From contig JAZDKJ010000006.1 in NCBI GenBank assembly GCA_043803105.1, positions 1 through 64,000 of the forward strand: a stretch of DNA of 64,000 nucleotides, in the 5' to 3' direction. Below are positions 28,967 through 38,930 of this stretch, in pieces. Source of the stretch: Candidatus Woesearchaeota archaeon (GTDB lineage Archaea; Nanobdellota; Nanobdellia; Woesearchaeales; JAZDKJ01). The notes beneath the pieces are model-generated. The model had not been told where the DNA came from. It saw nothing but the letters and a program-made list of their open reading frames with translations, and searched no databases. How positions within the stretch are numbered: the stretch's first letter is position 1; the number at the start of each line of letters is the position of its first letter. A program made the position numbers and the translations under genes.

Positions 28967-31573
28967 ATGGCAAAGTATGTTTATGATCTTTCTGAGGGAA
29001 ACGCTTCCATGAAGCAACTTCTTGGCGGCAAAGGCGCCAATCTGGCAGAGATGACTTCTTTAGGGATACCTGTGCCTTTCGGTTTTACCCTCACCACAGA
29101 GGTCTGCGACCTTTTCTATAAGAACAACAAAAACTTGCCAAGAGGTCTTGAAGGACAGGTTAATGATAAGCTTAAGCTTTTGGAATCCAAGATGGGTATG
29201 GTTTTTGGTGATGCGCACAATCCTTTGCTGCTTTCTGTGCGCTCAGGTGCTGCTTCCTCAATGCCTGGAATGATGGACACAATACTGAACCTTGGCTTGA
29301 ACGACAAGGTTGTGCAGGGCTTGATCTCCAAGACCGGAAACGAGCGATTTGTTTTGGACTCTTACAGGCGCTTTATTCAAATGTTTGGCAATGTTGTCAT
29401 GGAAATCCCTCATAAGGAATTTGAAAAACTTCTTGATTCTGTAAAACATGAAAGGCATGCCCAGTTTGACACTGAACTTACTGCTCCAGATCTTCGCAAC
29501 CTGGTTGCTCAATATAAAGAGATGGTAAAGGCACGTACAGGAAAGACCTTTCCAGATGATCCTTTGACTCAGTTAAGGATGTCAATCAACGCTGTTTTTC
29601 TTTCCTGGAACAATGACCGGGCAATCCTTTACAGGAAGCTTAATGACATAAAAGGCCTTCTGGGTACTGCTGTCAACGTCCAAGCCATGGTTTTCGGCAA
29701 CATGGGTGACTCTTCTGGTACTGGAGTCTGTTTCACCCGCAATCCTTCGACTGGAGAAAACAGGTTTTATGGTGAATATCTTATGAACGCTCAAGGCGAG
29801 GATGTTGTTGCAGGCATCAGGACTCCTCTTCACTTGGATACTTTGGAGAAGCAAAATCCGGAGATTTACAAGGAGCTTTGTGCCATTCGTCTTAAGCTTG
29901 AGTCCCATTATAAGGACATGCAGGATATTGAGTTTACAATCCAGGAGGGTAAGCTCTACATATTGCAGACCAGGAATGGCAAAAGGACTGCTGCTGCAGC
30001 TGTACGCATAGCTGTTGATATGGTTAAAGAGAAGCTTATTGACAAAAAAACTGCAATCCTGAGGATTGATCCTGCTTCGCTTGAACAATTGCTCCACAAA
30101 CAGATTGACCCAAAACAAAAGCCGGATGTGCCTCTGGCTAAAGGTCTTCCGGCCTCTCCAGGAGCTGCTGTAGGCGCTGTAGTGTTTGAAGCAGCTAAGG
30201 CTCACGAGCTTGCTTCTTCAGGAAAGAAAGTAATCTTGGTCCGCAAGGACACCAGCCCAGAAGACTTGATAGGTATGGACGCTTCTCAGGGTATCTTAAC
30301 AGCTCGCGGAGGAATGACATCTCATGCTGCTGTTGTCGCACGAGGCATGGGCAAGTGCTGTATTACTGGTTGCTCAGAAATCTCTGTCCATAATGACTAT
30401 TTTGAGGCTAACGGTCAAAGAATTAATGAGGGTGACTGCATTACTCTTGATGGAACAACTGGTTGTGTTTACAAGGGCGAGTTAAAGACTATTGACCCTG
30501 AAATCTCTGGCAATCTTGGCACCTTGATGCAGTGGGCTGATGAATTCCGCAGGTTGAAGATTCGGGCGAATGCGGACATTCCCCGCGATGCACAGGTTGC
30601 CATTAAGTTTGGCGCAGAGGGTATTGGCCTTTGCAGGACCGAGCACATGTTCTTTGAGGGCAAAAGGATTCAGGCAATGCGCGAGATGATTCTCGCTGAA
30701 GACACGGCTGGCAGGCAAAAGGCGTTAGCAAAGCTTCTGCCATTCCAAAGGTCTGATTTCAAGGGTTTGTTTGAAGCTATGAAAGGCAAGCCCGTTACCA
30801 TTCGCTTGCTTGACCCTCCCTTACACGAATTCCTTCCAAAGGATGATTCTGAGATTGTTGACATTGCCCGCGAGACTGGAGTCTCAGTGCCAAAATTGCT
30901 GGAAAAGATTGAAAGCCTTCATGAGCAAAATCCGATGCTTGGTCACAGAGGTTGTAGGCTTGGCATTGTCTATCCGGAAATCACCGAAATGCAGACACGC
31001 GCCATAATTGAAGCAGCCTTGGAGATGAATGATCCTGATCTTGTCCCTGAGATCATGATCCCTCTGGTAGGTGACCTTAATGAGCTGAAGAACCAGAAGT
31101 CTATTATTGTTCATACTGCTGATTCACTGATTTCTGCTTCCAAGTCCAAGCTCAAGTATAGTGTTGGGACTATGATCGAGGTTCCAAGGGGTGCGCTTAT
31201 TGCTGACGAGATTGCCACCGAAGCCGAATTCTTCAGCTTTGGCACTAATGACCTGACGCAGATGACTTTCGGTTATTCCCGGGATGACGTCAGGAGCTTC
31301 CTTCCAAAATACCTGGAGATGGGCATTGTCGAAAAGGATCCATTCCAGGTTCTTGACCAAAAAGGTGTTGGCCAGCTTATCCAGATGGCCTCTGCCAAAG
31401 GTCGCTCCACAAGAAAAAACTTAAAGCTAGGCATCTGCGGTGAGCATGGGGGCGAGCCATCCAGTGTTGAGTTCTGCCACAGGGTGGGGCTTGATTACGT
31501 GAGTTGTTCCCCATTTAGGGTTCCTATCGCAAGGCTTGCTGCTGCTCATGCTGCAATAAAGGAGCAGAAATAA
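28967..31573 (+). CDS. ppdK: Pyruvate, phosphate dikinase
   Basis: [24 protein letters not shown] (phospho-His), [16 protein letters not shown]. Confidence 0.97.
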   Translation: MAKYVYDLSEGNASMKQLLGGKGANLAEMTSLGIPVPFGFTLTTEVCDLFYKNNKNLPRGLEGQVNDKLKLLESKMGMVFGDAHNPLLLSVRSGAASSMPGMMDTILNLGLNDKVVQGLISKTGNERFVLDSYRRFIQMFGNVVMEIPHKEFEKLLDSVKHERHAQFDTELTAPDLRNLVAQYKEMVKARTGKTFPDDPLTQLRMSINAVFLSWNNDRAILYRKLNDIKGLLGTAVNVQAMVFGNMGDSSGTGVCFTRNPSTGENRFYGEYLMNAQGEDVVAGIRTPLHLDTLEKQNPEIYKELCAIRLKLESHYKDMQDIEFTIQEGKLYILQTRNGKRTAAAAVRIAVDMVKEKLIDKKTAILRIDPASLEQLLHKQIDPKQKPDVPLAKGLPASPGAAVGAVVFEAAKAHELASSGKKVILVRKDTSPEDLIGMDASQGILTARGGMTSHAAVVARGMGKCCITGCSEISVHNDYFEANGQRINEGDCITLDGTTGCVYKGELKTIDPEISGNLGTLMQWADEFRRLKIRANADIPRDAQVAIKFGAEGIGLCRTEHMFFEGKRIQAMREMILAEDTAGRQKALAKLLPFQRSDFKGLFEAMKGKPVTIRLLDPPLHEFLPKDDSEIVDIARETGVSVPKLLEKIESLHEQNPMLGHRGCRLGIVYPEITEMQTRAIIEAALEMNDPDLVPEIMIPLVGDLNELKNQKSIIVHTADSLISASKSKLKYSVGTMIEVPRGALIADEIATEAEFFSFGTNDLTQMTFGYSRDDVRSFLPKYLEMGIVEKDPFQVLDQKGVGQLIQMASAKGRSTRKNLKLGICGEHGGEPSSVEFCHRVGLDYVSCSPFRVPIARLAAAHAAIKEQK

Positions 31574-32647
31574 TTATTTTTTCAACTTTAGCAATACTAT
31601 TTCATTGCTTGACCCAAGCCTCATTGGTGGTCCCCATGTTCCTGTTCCGTAAGTTGTGTAAAGGTATGTTCCCTTGTATTCATACAATCCCTGCACTCTT
31701 GGAAACGCTAGTCTTGACAGCAAGTTGAACGGTATTATCTGTCCGTTGTGCGTGTGCCCTGATAACTGAAGGCTGATTCCTGCCGCCTGCGCATCCTCCA
31801 ATCCTGATGGTGGGTGGAACATTAGTATTGCTGCTTTGCTCTTGTTGATTTTTATCTGTGAAATTTCAGAGTTGTTGCGCCGAAATCCTTCTCCTGGATT
31901 GTCTATCCCCACTATTTGTATTCCCTTGTAGTTTGCTAGTTCGTTTCTTAGTATTTGCACTCCAGTTCGTTGCACGAGTGGCAATACCTTGTCAAGCCCT
32001 TCATACTCTTCATGGTTGCCTGTTGTGAAGAATGTCTTTGCCTTTAGCCCTTCAAGCGGTTGCAGCATTTCATAGCTTAGTGGCCCGCTCCCGTCCACAA
32101 GGTCGCCTGTGATGAGCACCATGTCAGGATTAAGAGCATTGGTCTTGTCCACTATTTCTTTCAAGTATTCTGAGTTGTGGATTGTTCCTACGTGTATATC
32201 AGAAAGCTGAACTATTGTTGTTGCTTTCTCCAGTTTGGGTATTTGCAGTTCAATGGTATGCACTCTGATGAATAGAGCATTAATCAACGCAACTGATGTA
32301 AACACAATTCCTAAGATTAGGATGGCAATTCCTGCGGTCTTTGCATCTATCTTCACAAAAAGCCTAACCACTTCATGGATTGCAAGAAGGCATAAGAGAA
32401 AAAAAACAGCTCCAAGCCAGCTTGCTGCCCCTGCATAAAATATCCGTGAAAAAATGCCTGTTGAGTTTCTGACGACAAAGCTCGCTATTGGAAACCATAA
32501 GGCCACTGCAATTGCGATTACATAGAATATTATTCCCCGCCTAATCTGCAGTAATCCGGAAAGCCTTTGGAATACGTAGAATTGTGCTCCTAAGTAAACA
32601 AGAAGGAACATTCCTAAAAACGCAATTATGCTCAACAATCTGCTCAT
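31574..32647 (-). CDS. Membrane-anchored metallophosphoesterase (YkuE/YaeI-like)
   Basis: N-terminal TMs; SDIH, TGDLVD, GNHE, SGHTHNGQ. Confidence 0.9.
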   Translation of the reverse strand: MSRLLSIIAFLGMFLLVYLGAQFYVFQRLSGLLQIRRGIIFYVIAIAVALWFPIASFVVRNSTGIFSRIFYAGAASWLGAVFFLLCLLAIHEVVRLFVKIDAKTAGIAILILGIVFTSVALINALFIRVHTIELQIPKLEKATTIVQLSDIHVGTIHNSEYLKEIVDKTNALNPDMVLITGDLVDGSGPLSYEMLQPLEGLKAKTFFTTGNHEEYEGLDKVLPLVQRTGVQILRNELANYKGIQIVGIDNPGEGFRRNNSEISQIKINKSKAAILMFHPPSGLEDAQAAGISLQLSGHTHNGQIIPFNLLSRLAFPRVQGLYEYKGTYLYTTYGTGTWGPPMRLGSSNEIVLLKLKK

Positions 32648-32707
32648 TTTTGAATAACAAAAGGATGCCCTTTAAGAAGTTTTTGAAACATCACTAGACA
32701 TTCTTGC

Positions 32708-33535
32708 ATGAGACTTAAAAGAAAATGCATCCTCATTATGGCAAAAGACCACACCATTCACGGGGTTTTCATGTCGTTTGACTTGTCTGCAATTGAGTTC
32801 AGTAAAAAAGATATGACTAGACATGTCAACCTGCCAAGGAAGATGACAGCAGACCTTGCGGAATTCATAGGGATTATGATTGGAGATGGTCACCTGGGTC
32901 TTTACATTGGCAAGCAGCGAAGTGGTACTGCGCTGAAGCGGTCATCTGTAATCATTTCGTGTAACTCAGAAGAACGAGGGTATTGTTGCCACATAGCCAA
33001 ACTATTTTACACTCTTTTCAATTTGAAACTATCATTTGAGCCTGATCCAAGGTCCAAAGCTGTTTACCTCAAAGCTCACTCAAAGGCTGTGGTGCAGTTT
33101 CTTAACCTTGTCCTGGGTATCCCTATAAACAGGAAAACCGACACAGCAAACATTCCTCAGATAATAAAAAATGGTCAAGATGAATTCAAATACGCCTTCC
33201 TGAAAGGCCTTGCTGACACTGATTTTTCGGTAACATTTAGAAAAAGGCCGGGCAAAGGACATGTTTACCCACGCATAAAGGCTGCGTTTAAGAGCAGGAG
33301 TTTAATTGATGATCTCGGAGAAATCTTGAAGGGGGTAGGTTTCACTTATTGTAAAGTTTATAACGAAAAAGTATACCGAAAAGGCTCAGAGATTCCAGAC
33401 TTGAGACATGGTTTGTATTTGAATGGTGTCTCCAATTTTAGGGCTTGGTGTGATACAATTGGCTTCTCGAATCCAAAATTCATCAAGAAAGTGGCGAAAT
33501 GGAACAAGGAGGGTGTTTGCCCTCCAGGTTGCTAA
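32708..33535 (+). CDS. Free-standing double-motif LAGLIDADG homing endonuclease-like protein
   Basis: LAEFIGIMIGDG and FLKGLADTDFSV motifs, IGFSNP near the C-terminus; start may be 32738 or 32771. Confidence 0.85.
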   Translation: MRLKRKCILIMAKDHTIHGVFMSFDLSAIEFSKKDMTRHVNLPRKMTADLAEFIGIMIGDGHLGLYIGKQRSGTALKRSSVIISCNSEERGYCCHIAKLFYTLFNLKLSFEPDPRSKAVYLKAHSKAVVQFLNLVLGIPINRKTDTANIPQIIKNGQDEFKYAFLKGLADTDFSVTFRKRPGKGHVYPRIKAAFKSRSLIDDLGEILKGVGFTYCKVYNEKVYRKGSEIPDLRHGLYLNGVSNFRAWCDTIGFSNPKFIKKVAKWNKEGVCPPGC

Positions 33536-33644
33536 GCCTCCGACGAGAATCGCACTCGTGACCTGCTGATAGCTTGCATGTGCTACAAGTTTCGGCCTCA
33601 TTCAAAGAATGAATCAGCCGCAATAGCTACTATGCTACGGAGGC
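33535..33644 (-). tRNA. tRNA-Thr(UGU) with two introns (30/31: 33591-33614; 37/38: 33571-33583)
   Basis: Mature 73 nt GCCTCCG TA GCA TAGTAGCTAT TGC G GCTGA CTTGTAA TCAGC AGGTC ACGAG TGCGATT CTCGT CGGAGGC T; central helices CGGC/GCCG and CTTG/CAAG; TTTATAAA at 33673-33680. Confidence 0.9.
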
Positions 33645-33752
33645 GCTAAACAAGGAAAATTACAAGCCTATTTATAAAATTATGCTCTGTCTAAGAAGTT
33701 TCACCTTCATCAGTATATTAAGAAATATGCCGGTCGATTTCTTGGATGCTGA

Positions 33753-34250
33753 CTAGAATCTGTAAAGGTTGAGGAAAGACTTTATCTGGTCTCGTAATGC
33801 ATATACATCCTTTCGTACCCCTGCCTGAAACCCGCTCTGGAACGGCTCGTACAAGTATTTGTCAAATATTGTCCTGAGGAAGAAAAACATTGGTTTTTGC
33901 TCCCACCTGTTTTCATAGTCTGTGCTTAGGTAGCCGTCGAAGACTATGTGCAGTTTTCCCTGGTTAAGTTTTACCTTCACTCCTTCTTTCTCCACTTCCA
34001 TGTCCTTTATCTCGCTCATGAACATTCTCAGGCGTATCTCGTTCTTTGCGTAGTCAGAGACTTTTTTCCATGGCAGGATCTCGATTTCTATGAATTTTCC
34101 ATCCTGGGAGACCCTCTCTATGTTTCGTATCTCGCGCTTGTCGTAGTTCTTGTCCTCAAACCATTCATCTATGAGTTTGTAAAGCTCTGGTATGCTGAAC
34201 AGCCCTTCGTAGTCGAAGCGCATCTTGTCAACGATTACTTCGCGTTCCAT
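33753..34250 (-). CDS. Hypothetical protein, paralogue 3 of tandem trio
   Basis: YEGLF..ELYKLIDEWF...DYENRW. Confidence 0.8.
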   Translation of the reverse strand: MEREVIVDKMRFDYEGLFSIPELYKLIDEWFEDKNYDKREIRNIERVSQDGKFIEIEILPWKKVSDYAKNEIRLRMFMSEIKDMEVEKEGVKVKLNQGKLHIVFDGYLSTDYENRWEQKPMFFFLRTIFDKYLYEPFQSGFQAGVRKDVYALRDQIKSFLNLYRF

Positions 34251-34777
34251 TACCACCGGCCCTCTGATGCGTTTGTCTTTGTTTCCATGTCCAGGAATTC
34301 CTTTATTATCCTGTGTAGCTTCAATGTTCTATAGTACAATTCGTCTTCCCAGATGTTCTGTATGTTGGCCCTTATTATATATTTATTGTAAAAATCTTGT
34401 AGTGATTGCAGGAATCTGCTTCCTCCAAACCTGCCGCTGTAGTCAAGTTCTACTGTGGAGGTGAAGGTTATCTTCATCCTGAGGGTCACGAGTTTCTTCT
34501 TAATCCCGTTCCTTACTACATCAACTGTCCTCATGTCCCAGATGTGAAAATCAACTTCAAGCCAGTATTTGACGTAGGCGTTTACCCTGCGCCAGCCTTT
34601 TAGTGTTATCTCGTCTTCTGCTCCCCTTGGGTCAGGCACCTTGTGCTTGTATTTTGTTTCGTGGACCTCATAGTCCTGGTGTATCATCCAGTCGTATATT
34701 GTCTTGAACAATCCTTCTATGTCACAAATTCCTTTGAATTTGAGAATCTCTAGCCCTGCGCCTCTTTTGATTGACAT
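34250..34777 (-). CDS. Hypothetical protein, paralogue 2 of tandem trio
   Basis: FKGIC..GLFKTIYDWM...DYSGRF. Confidence 0.8.
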   Translation of the reverse strand: MSIKRGAGLEILKFKGICDIEGLFKTIYDWMIHQDYEVHETKYKHKVPDPRGAEDEITLKGWRRVNAYVKYWLEVDFHIWDMRTVDVVRNGIKKKLVTLRMKITFTSTVELDYSGRFGGSRFLQSLQDFYNKYIIRANIQNIWEDELYYRTLKLHRIIKEFLDMETKTNASEGRW

Positions 34778-34780
34778 GTT

Positions 34781-35389
34781 TTACTCAAAATCCTTGTTTG
34801 TGAAGAACTGTTCCCCTTCTGGTTCTGGCCTGTACCTGATGAGCTTGAAGTGTGTTTTCATAAATTCTGTGAACCTATACACTTCCCTGTAAAGTTCAAT
34901 CCTGTGCATCTCCATGTTCTTATAGAATATTCGCTTGAAGAACAATGTTCTTACGTGTTTGAGGAACCAGTGATTCTTCCACTTGTGTTCATAATCAGCG
35001 ATCATGCGGGCGAATATCTTTATTTCTGGTTCGCCCGTGAATGCCTTGAATTTTTTGCCGTCGATTACTACTTCTGTTCGCTTCAGGTTTACTGTCAGCA
35101 CATTAATGTCCAGTTCCCACTTGTAGAATTTGTTCTGTGTCGGGATTTTTTCCATTCTCCACCAGAATCTTACCTCTTCTCCCCCTGTCTGTGTCCATCT
35201 GTGGTGGTAGAATATCTCTTTGAAATCAGAATCCTTACTTGAAGTCCACTCCTGTTCGACAAGCCAGTCGTGCATGTCAGCGTACATCTGCTTCATGTCA
35301 AATACGTCTTTGTACTTGACCCTTGTGTCGTCAGTTACAGTGATGACCAGGTCATAATCAGCGAACCTGTTCTTTACTTTCATCATCAT
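34781..35389 (-). CDS. Hypothetical protein, paralogue 1 of tandem trio
   Basis: YKDVF..QMYADMHDWL...DYEHKW. Confidence 0.8.
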   Translation of the reverse strand: MMMKVKNRFADYDLVITVTDDTRVKYKDVFDMKQMYADMHDWLVEQEWTSSKDSDFKEIFYHHRWTQTGGEEVRFWWRMEKIPTQNKFYKWELDINVLTVNLKRTEVVIDGKKFKAFTGEPEIKIFARMIADYEHKWKNHWFLKHVRTLFFKRIFYKNMEMHRIELYREVYRFTEFMKTHFKLIRYRPEPEGEQFFTNKDFE

Positions 35390-35512
35390 TTCTTTCCCTG
35401 GAAATTCAGTTTATAAAACTTTCTCTTGCGCACCGTGCGTTTCAGGGTTTTGTGCTCTGAGTAAAACTTTTTCCTAGAAAACTTTTTATAAGGTCCTGCG
35501 CTTCTCTTTGCT

Positions 35513-36709
35513 ATGCTGATCGGTGTGGTTGGAAAGGCAAATGTTGGCAAGTCCACTTTTTTCAAGGCAGCCACCTTGGCGGAGGTGGAGATCGCCAATT
35601 ACCCATTTGCCACTATCAAGCCCAATCATGGTACAGGTTATGTTTTGGTTGAGTGTGCTGACAGTTTCTTTAATGTGCAGTGTAATCCTCGCTTTGGTTA
35701 CTGCATCAACCACCACCGTTTTGTTCCCGTCAACATGCTTGATGTTGCAGGTCTTGTTCCTGGAGCTCACGAGGGAAAGGGAATGGGAAACCAGTTTCTT
35801 GATGACCTGCGCCAGGCAGATGTCTTGATTCATGTTGTTGACATTGCCGGAACCACTAATGAAAAAGGTGAGCCGATTGAGCCCGGGTCTTATGACCCTG
35901 CCAATGACATTAAATTCTTGGAAGAGGAGCTTGACTTCTGGTATCTAGGTATTTTGAAGAAGGGCTGGGACCGCTTTGCACGGGAAGTGCAACAGACGCA
36001 CGCTCAGCTGAATAGGGCTCTCGCAAAGCAGCTTTCTGCGCTTGGAGTTACCGAAAAGCTGGTTGAAGACCAGATAATATTGCTTAACCTTGATCCAGAG
36101 AAGCCTACTGGCTGGTCTGAAGATGACATGCTCAAGCTTGCGAGTAGCTTTCGTAAGGCAACAAAACCAATGATTGTTGCCTGCAACAAGATTGATGTCC
36201 CTGGCGCAATTGAGAACTTTAATCGCATTTCCTCCCAAACCGACCGCATGCTTGTTCCATGCTCTGCAGAGTCTGAGCTTGCCTTGCGCGAGGCAGCAAA
36301 GGCTGGCTTGATTGATTATGTTCCTGGTTCAAAACACTTTAATATTCTTCATCCTGAAAAGCTCACCGATCGCCAGAAAAATGCGCTTCAGTTCATCAAA
36401 GTAAATATGCTCGACAAATTTGGTTCAACTGGTGTGCAGCAAATTCTTGATGATTCAGTTTTCAAGGTCTTGAAGTATATTGCAATTTTCCCAGGCGGTG
36501 TCAATAAGCTAACAGACTCTGAAGGAAGGGTTTTGCCTGACTGTTTTCTGATGCCCCCGAAAACCACAGCCCTTGATTTTGCCTTCAAGCTTCACACTGA
36601 CTTCGGCAACAAATTCATCCGGGCAATTGACGTCCGAAAGAAGTTGCCTGTAGGAAAAGACCACCCTCTTGCCCATGGTGATGTTGTGGAGATTGTCTCC
36701 GGAAGATGA
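35513..36709 (+). CDS. ychF: YchF/Obg-family translation-associated ATPase (archaeal type)
   Basis: GKANVGKST, NYPFATI, DVAGLVPGA, NKID, C-terminal TGS domain. Confidence 0.93.
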   Translation: MLIGVVGKANVGKSTFFKAATLAEVEIANYPFATIKPNHGTGYVLVECADSFFNVQCNPRFGYCINHHRFVPVNMLDVAGLVPGAHEGKGMGNQFLDDLRQADVLIHVVDIAGTTNEKGEPIEPGSYDPANDIKFLEEELDFWYLGILKKGWDRFAREVQQTHAQLNRALAKQLSALGVTEKLVEDQIILLNLDPEKPTGWSEDDMLKLASSFRKATKPMIVACNKIDVPGAIENFNRISSQTDRMLVPCSAESELALREAAKAGLIDYVPGSKHFNILHPEKLTDRQKNALQFIKVNMLDKFGSTGVQQILDDSVFKVLKYIAIFPGGVNKLTDSEGRVLPDCFLMPPKTTALDFAFKLHTDFGNKFIRAIDVRKKLPVGKDHPLAHGDVVEIVSGR

Positions 36710-36755
36710 GATTGGTTACGTTTTGCCAGGTTCATCTGAGCGTAAGCGAGCGGTG

Positions 36756-36798
36756 CGCCAGAAAACCGTAGGTTTTCTGAGCGTTTTCCTATGGAAAA
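36756..36798. repeat. REP-like palindromes
   Basis: CGC-CAGAAAACC-GTA-GGTTTTCTG-A-GCG followed by TTTTCC-TAT-GGAAAA. Confidence 0.65.
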
Positions 36799-36886
36799 AA
36801 GCTGATAGTTTCTGGTCGTTAGTGTTTTCGGAAATACATTTTTCAGGATATAAAACTTTTTATTGGCAAGATTGTTCCATTGTTGT

Positions 36887-37468
36887 ATGGTAGATCCTTT
36901 AAAAAAGATTGAACACACTATAGCAAATAATGTTGACAGTGTCTGTTGGTTGGGTTATTGTATCCCAAATAAAAAGGAAATCAGGCAGAGGCTTTCTGAT
37001 CCCTGCACTAACCATTTGACTTTATTCACTTACGCAGTCATGGCAGCAAAAAATCCTGTATATTCTGTGTCGCGGCTAAACCTCCTGTTGGATGCTGCAT
37101 CTATTGGTTTGACGCCGAGCAAGGTAAATTATGCGCAACATGATTTTGGTAATTCCAAACAATTCCTTTCATTGCCCACTCTTGTTTTTTACAATACAAT
37201 TGATGATACCGAAACACTTGTTTCACGCATGAACCAAGACCCCTTTGGCAAGACTCTAAGCTTTGACTGTATATCGCCCACCGATGCTGGCAGGCTTAAG
37301 GAGTTTATTGACAGGGACATTATTCATATCATTCTCTATCCTAATTATCCCACTGCTTATGCTGCACTTGCACACACTGCATCCTATCCTGAGAACAGGT
37401 TTAAGTTTTTGAGTCTTGAAGACCTTAAGCACACTCAGCCTGGTTTTATGGACATTCCCAAGATTTAG
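36887..37468 (+). CDS. Hypothetical protein
   Basis: ORF from ATG 36887 with an upstream TATA-like box; no recognisable motif. Confidence 0.55.
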   Translation: MVDPLKKIEHTIANNVDSVCWLGYCIPNKKEIRQRLSDPCTNHLTLFTYAVMAAKNPVYSVSRLNLLLDAASIGLTPSKVNYAQHDFGNSKQFLSLPTLVFYNTIDDTETLVSRMNQDPFGKTLSFDCISPTDAGRLKEFIDRDIIHIILYPNYPTAYAALAHTASYPENRFKFLSLEDLKHTQPGFMDIPKI

Positions 37469-37470
37469 AA

Positions 37471-37857
37471 TTATCTCTTCTTCCTGTGCTTTTTGAAGCT
37501 TGCTGCAACGTCGATGAGGTATTTTCCGTCTTCAAGCTTGAAGATTATAGGCTCTCCCTTGAACAGGTGTACCAGGTCTAATTCGTATTTGCCTGGCTTC
37601 ATTACCCTTATTGCTTCCAGGTCCAGGACGACAGGCTGGTCATCCTCGGGCTTTGCTCCCACAAGGTCAAATACATCATGCTCTATCTGTTCCTTTTCCT
37701 TTGGAGATAGGTTTACCTCCTCAGTCATTTTTTGCGCAGCTGCAAGCTTATCTTTCTTGATGTAAAAGAACAGTCTTCCGCCGCAGGGGCATCCCTTCAG
37801 GAGTTCGGTTGCTCCGTCGTCATAGAATATGCTGCATCTAACGCACTGGTGTGGCAT
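37471..37857 (-). CDS. oapC: OapC-like Zn-ribbon protein (DUF2072)
   Basis: MPHQCVRC...LLKGCPCGGRLFFY, GKYELD. Confidence 0.85.
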   Translation of the reverse strand: MPHQCVRCSIFYDDGATELLKGCPCGGRLFFYIKKDKLAAAQKMTEEVNLSPKEKEQIEHDVFDLVGAKPEDDQPVVLDLEAIRVMKPGKYELDLVHLFKGEPIIFKLEDGKYLIDVAASFKKHRKKR

Positions 37858-38250
37858 CTATTTTTTACCCTTCTTTTTTGGCTTCAAGTCTTTGGTTAGG
37901 AGCTCTATCTTTGTCGGGTCTTTCTTTATTTCTTTCACTATACTTGCAGGGCCAATTATGGTCAACCCCGTTCTTTCTCCTAGAATTATGTCTATTACGC
38001 CTTTTTTCAATTTTGACAGTCCGCCCTCAGGCTTGGATTTGGGTTCAATCACAGCTAGCTCAATTCCCCTGAATTCCTCGTTGATTTCTTCCATTGTCAC
38101 CTTGATGAGCTCTTTTTCTTCTTCCTTCTTTAGCCTTCCCTCAAGCAGCACTATCTTGTTTTCTTTTGCTATATTCAATAGCTTCCTGATTCTTCCTAAT
38201 GAACTCAAGTGCTCGATTTCTGAGTATGGCACAAATTGAAGTGTTATCAT
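37858..38250 (-). CDS. oapB: OapB-like protein (DUF2073)
   Basis: IVLLEGRL..EE..LI..TM, F.GIE, GLTIIGPA. Confidence 0.85.
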   Translation of the reverse strand: MITLQFVPYSEIEHLSSLGRIRKLLNIAKENKIVLLEGRLKKEEEKELIKVTMEEINEEFRGIELAVIEPKSKPEGGLSKLKKGVIDIILGERTGLTIIGPASIVKEIKKDPTKIELLTKDLKPKKKGKK

Positions 38251-38894
38251 CCTGCCACCGCGAATAGTGCCTCATAAAATTCTTCTATGTGGTTGCCGTA
38301 TCTTGCAGATATTCCCACAACATCGTACTGCGGAAATGCTGCCTGAAGCTTTCTTATGCTTGCTTTCTTTAAATCCATCTTATTTGCCACTATTAGCACT
38401 GGTATCTTGCGTGCCTCTAAGTTGCCTATGATTGTGATGTTGACCTGTGAGTATGGATCGAGTGTTGCGTCAAGCACCACTATCACTACATCCATCTCAT
38501 CCAGCCACTTGATTGCATCTATGACTCCTCTTGTTGCCTCTTTTGCTCTTTTCTTTGCAGCTGTCTCTTTCATTCCTGCCTTGACAAAGTCCTCGTAGTC
38601 TATCCGAGTGGCAATTCCTGGCGTGTCTACAAGGTTGAAGCTCAGTTCCTTTCCGTTTGACTTGATGTTTATCTGTTCCTTTATTTGTATTTCACGTGTC
38701 TCATGCGGTATGTGAGAAACCTTGCCCATCTCCTCGCCCAGCCAGTCCTGGCATATCCTGTTTGCAAGAGTGGTTTTTCCTCCGTTTGGAGGTCCGTAGA
38801 GTCCTAGCTTGATGTGTTTCTTTTTCTTGAATAGGTCCCGGAATACCTTGTTGACAAATCTCTTTAAAATTGTGAACATCGCTGTATTGCTCAT
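38247..38894 (-). CDS. oapA: OapA-like Era-related GTP-binding protein
   Basis: GLYGPPNGGKTTLANRI, PHETR, DTPG, NKMD, ISA; operon with DUF2073 and DUF2072. Confidence 0.87.
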   Translation of the reverse strand: MSNTAMFTILKRFVNKVFRDLFKKKKHIKLGLYGPPNGGKTTLANRICQDWLGEEMGKVSHIPHETREIQIKEQINIKSNGKELSFNLVDTPGIATRIDYEDFVKAGMKETAAKKRAKEATRGVIDAIKWLDEMDVVIVVLDATLDPYSQVNITIIGNLEARKIPVLIVANKMDLKKASIRKLQAAFPQYDVVGISARYGNHIEEFYEALFAVAG

Positions 38895-38930
38895 AAAGTG
38901 CCGTCTTTATATAGTTTTCGATTGACAAAC

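Noticed and set aside
32708-33535. LAGLIDADG as part of an intein or a group I/tRNA intron
   Set aside because: It lies outside and antisense to the tRNA, no interrupted host gene is evident, and there are no intein termini.
33386-33601. 71-aa minus-strand ORF
   Set aside because: It is a shadow ORF over tRNA-Thr and the LAGLIDADG gene.
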